Assembly (NCBI RefSeq): GCF_006345805.1
Contig: NC_043004.1
Location: forward strand, 7,626,001-7,690,000
DNA: 64,000 bases
Reading direction: 5' to 3'
From: Octopus sinensis
Lineage: Eukaryota
Position numbers and translations under genes: made by a program. The notes beneath the pieces were generated by a model, which was not told where the DNA came from, made no database searches, and worked only from the letters and a program-made list of their open reading frames with translations. Below, piece after piece: positions 62,300-64,000 of this stretch. Position 1 is the first letter of the stretch. Every line of letters starts with the position of its first letter.

Positions 62300-62660
62300 G
62301 GAGTGGCTGTGTGGTAAGTAGCTTGCTTACCAACCACATGGTTTTGAGTTCAGTCCCACTGCATGGCACCTTGGGCAAGTGTTTTCTACAATAGCCTTGG
62401 GTCAACCAAAGCCTTGTAAGCGAATTTGGTAGACGTAAACTGAAAGAAGCTCATTGTGTGTGTGTGTATATATATATATATGTTTGTGTGTCTGTGTTTG
62501 TCCCCGCAACATCACTTGACAACCGGTGCTGGTGTGTTTACATCCCCGTCACTTAGTGGTTTGGCAAGAGAGACCAATAGAATAAGTACTATGCTGATTT
62601 GCTTGACTAAAGGCGGTGCTCCAGCATGGCACAGTCAAATGACTGAAACAAATAAATGAA
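62300..62660 (+). mobile_element. Near full-length tRNA-derived SINE with internal microsatellite
   Basis: GGAGTGGCTGTGTGGTAAGTAGC...AGTTCAGTCCC head, central domain, (TG)(TA)n, and tail tgactgaaacaaataa. Confidence 0.85.
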
Positions 62661-63036
62661 TCTCAAGCAAGAATTTATCATTACAAATAGCAGTAAATAA
62701 TAGCACTGTAAAACTGGTATGTGGTGGTGGTCATGGCCGACTCAAGATACTGACAACTTGGGTAGTCGCCTGGGACACCAAGGAGGCTGTGACAAAGACA
62801 AGGAAATTTTCACAACTGTTACCTTGTACATGTTGAAGTTCAGCTTGCCCAGGGTGCCAGCAACCTTAAGGCTGGCCCTGATGGTGGTGGTAGTGGCTAA
62901 ATCACTTGCAATAATAAATATTATGTAGATGGCAGCCAGGAATAAAATGTAGGTAACAATAGTAGCAGCAATGATAACGAATGGAGATCAAAGCATAAAG
63001 TAGATATAATTATACCCAGCTCTGATGATAAAATTC

Positions 63037-64000
63037 ATCATCGTTTAACGTCCGTTTTCCATGCTAGCATGGGTTGGACGGTTTGACCTGGGCCTGGGAA
63101 GCCAGGATGGCTGCACCAGGCTCCAGTCTGATCTGGCAGTGTTTCTACAGCTGGATGCCCTTCCTAACACCGACCACTCCGTGAGTGTAGTGGGTACTTT
63201 TTACGTTCCACCGGCTCAGAAGCCAGTCAAGGCGGCGCTGGCATTGGCCACGTTCAGATGGTGCTTTTTATGTTCCACCGGCACGGGGATCACAACTACA
63301 ATTTCCATTTGATTTTCATTTTGATTTTGATGTACTTGACTCAATAGGTCTCCTCAAGCGCAGCATGTCGCCCTATGATCCAAGCTACTTTTGAGTGGGT
63401 TGGTTATGCGACACTGGTGTAGGATTCAGCTTTGAACTCATTTTATATGTTGGGTCATCCCAGTCACAGCATATCTCCAGAGGTCTTGGTCTTTTGTCAT
63501 TACCTCTTTGAGGTCCAATGTTTGAAGGTCATGCTTCACCACCTCATCCCATGTCTTCCTGGGTCTACCTCTACCCCAGATTCCTTCAACTGTTTGGGAG
63601 TGGCACTTCTTTCACATAGCTCTCCTCATCCATCTATAGTATATGACCATACTAGTGCAAACGTCTTTTTTGCACACCACATCTGATGCTTCTTATGTCC
63701 AACATTTCTCTCAGGGTGCTTACACTATCATGTGCACACTGACATTACACATCCAGTGAATCATGCTAGCTTCATTTCTTTCGAGCCTCAGCAGTCACGG
63801 CCCATGTTTCACTGCCATGAAGCATGGCAGTTCACACACATGCATTGTACAATCTACCTTTCACTCTGATCGAGAGGCCCTTTTTTACCAGTAGGGGTAG
63901 AAGCTTTCTAAACTTTGCCAAGGCTATTCTTATTCTAGTGGTAACACTCTCTGAGCATCCACCCCACTACTAACTTGGTTACCTTGGTAGCAGAAGCTAT
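63037..64000 (-). mobile_element. RTE LINE 3' ~1 kb (ORF C-terminus plus 3' UTR), extending beyond the window
   Basis: RIRIA.AKFRKLLP, VKGRLYNACV.TAMLHGSETW and GRGRPRKTWDEVVKHDL motifs, followed by the 3'-UTR repeat and tail. Confidence 0.9.

Overview
Eukaryotic genomic DNA, not prokaryotic. It is AT-rich, dense in microsatellites and SINEs, and its repeat families point to an octopus-like cephalopod (inference). Two spliced protein-coding genes diverge from a ~25 kb intergenic region. MED26 (Mediator subunit 26) is complete on the minus strand: 3 coding exons at 17933-17995, 6908-6982 and 4378-6108, giving 622 aa. WDR36/UTP21 is on the plus strand with its first 11 coding exons at 43330-62013, including a 28-nt micro-exon, and it continues beyond the window. 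The rest is mobile-element debris: RTE and CR1 LINE fragments, many RTE 3'-UTR copies, a microsatellite-carrying tRNA SINE, two Tc1/mariner relics, a Helitron helicase fragment, a piggyBac-type element and three GG...CC elements with 8-9 bp TSDs. The least explained structures are: (i) a ~340-bp inverted duplication in MED26 intron 1 whose arms both keep a hairpin, a mini-ORF and a perfect 5' splice site, and which could mask a frameshifting cassette exon; (ii) a 462-bp palindrome in a WDR36 intron carrying Penelope-type hammerhead ribozyme motifs; (iii) a PHD-finger-like insert within an RTE reverse transcriptase; (iv) inverted repeat pairs bracketing individual WDR36 exons; (v) an isolated pre-miRNA-like hairpin; (vi) an unassigned cluster of phase-compatible ORFs at 24.1-25.1 kb. 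Three duplications differ almost only by 1-bp indels and may be long-read assembly artefacts. All alignments and folds were done by eye, and repeat boundaries are approximate unless a TSD defines them.
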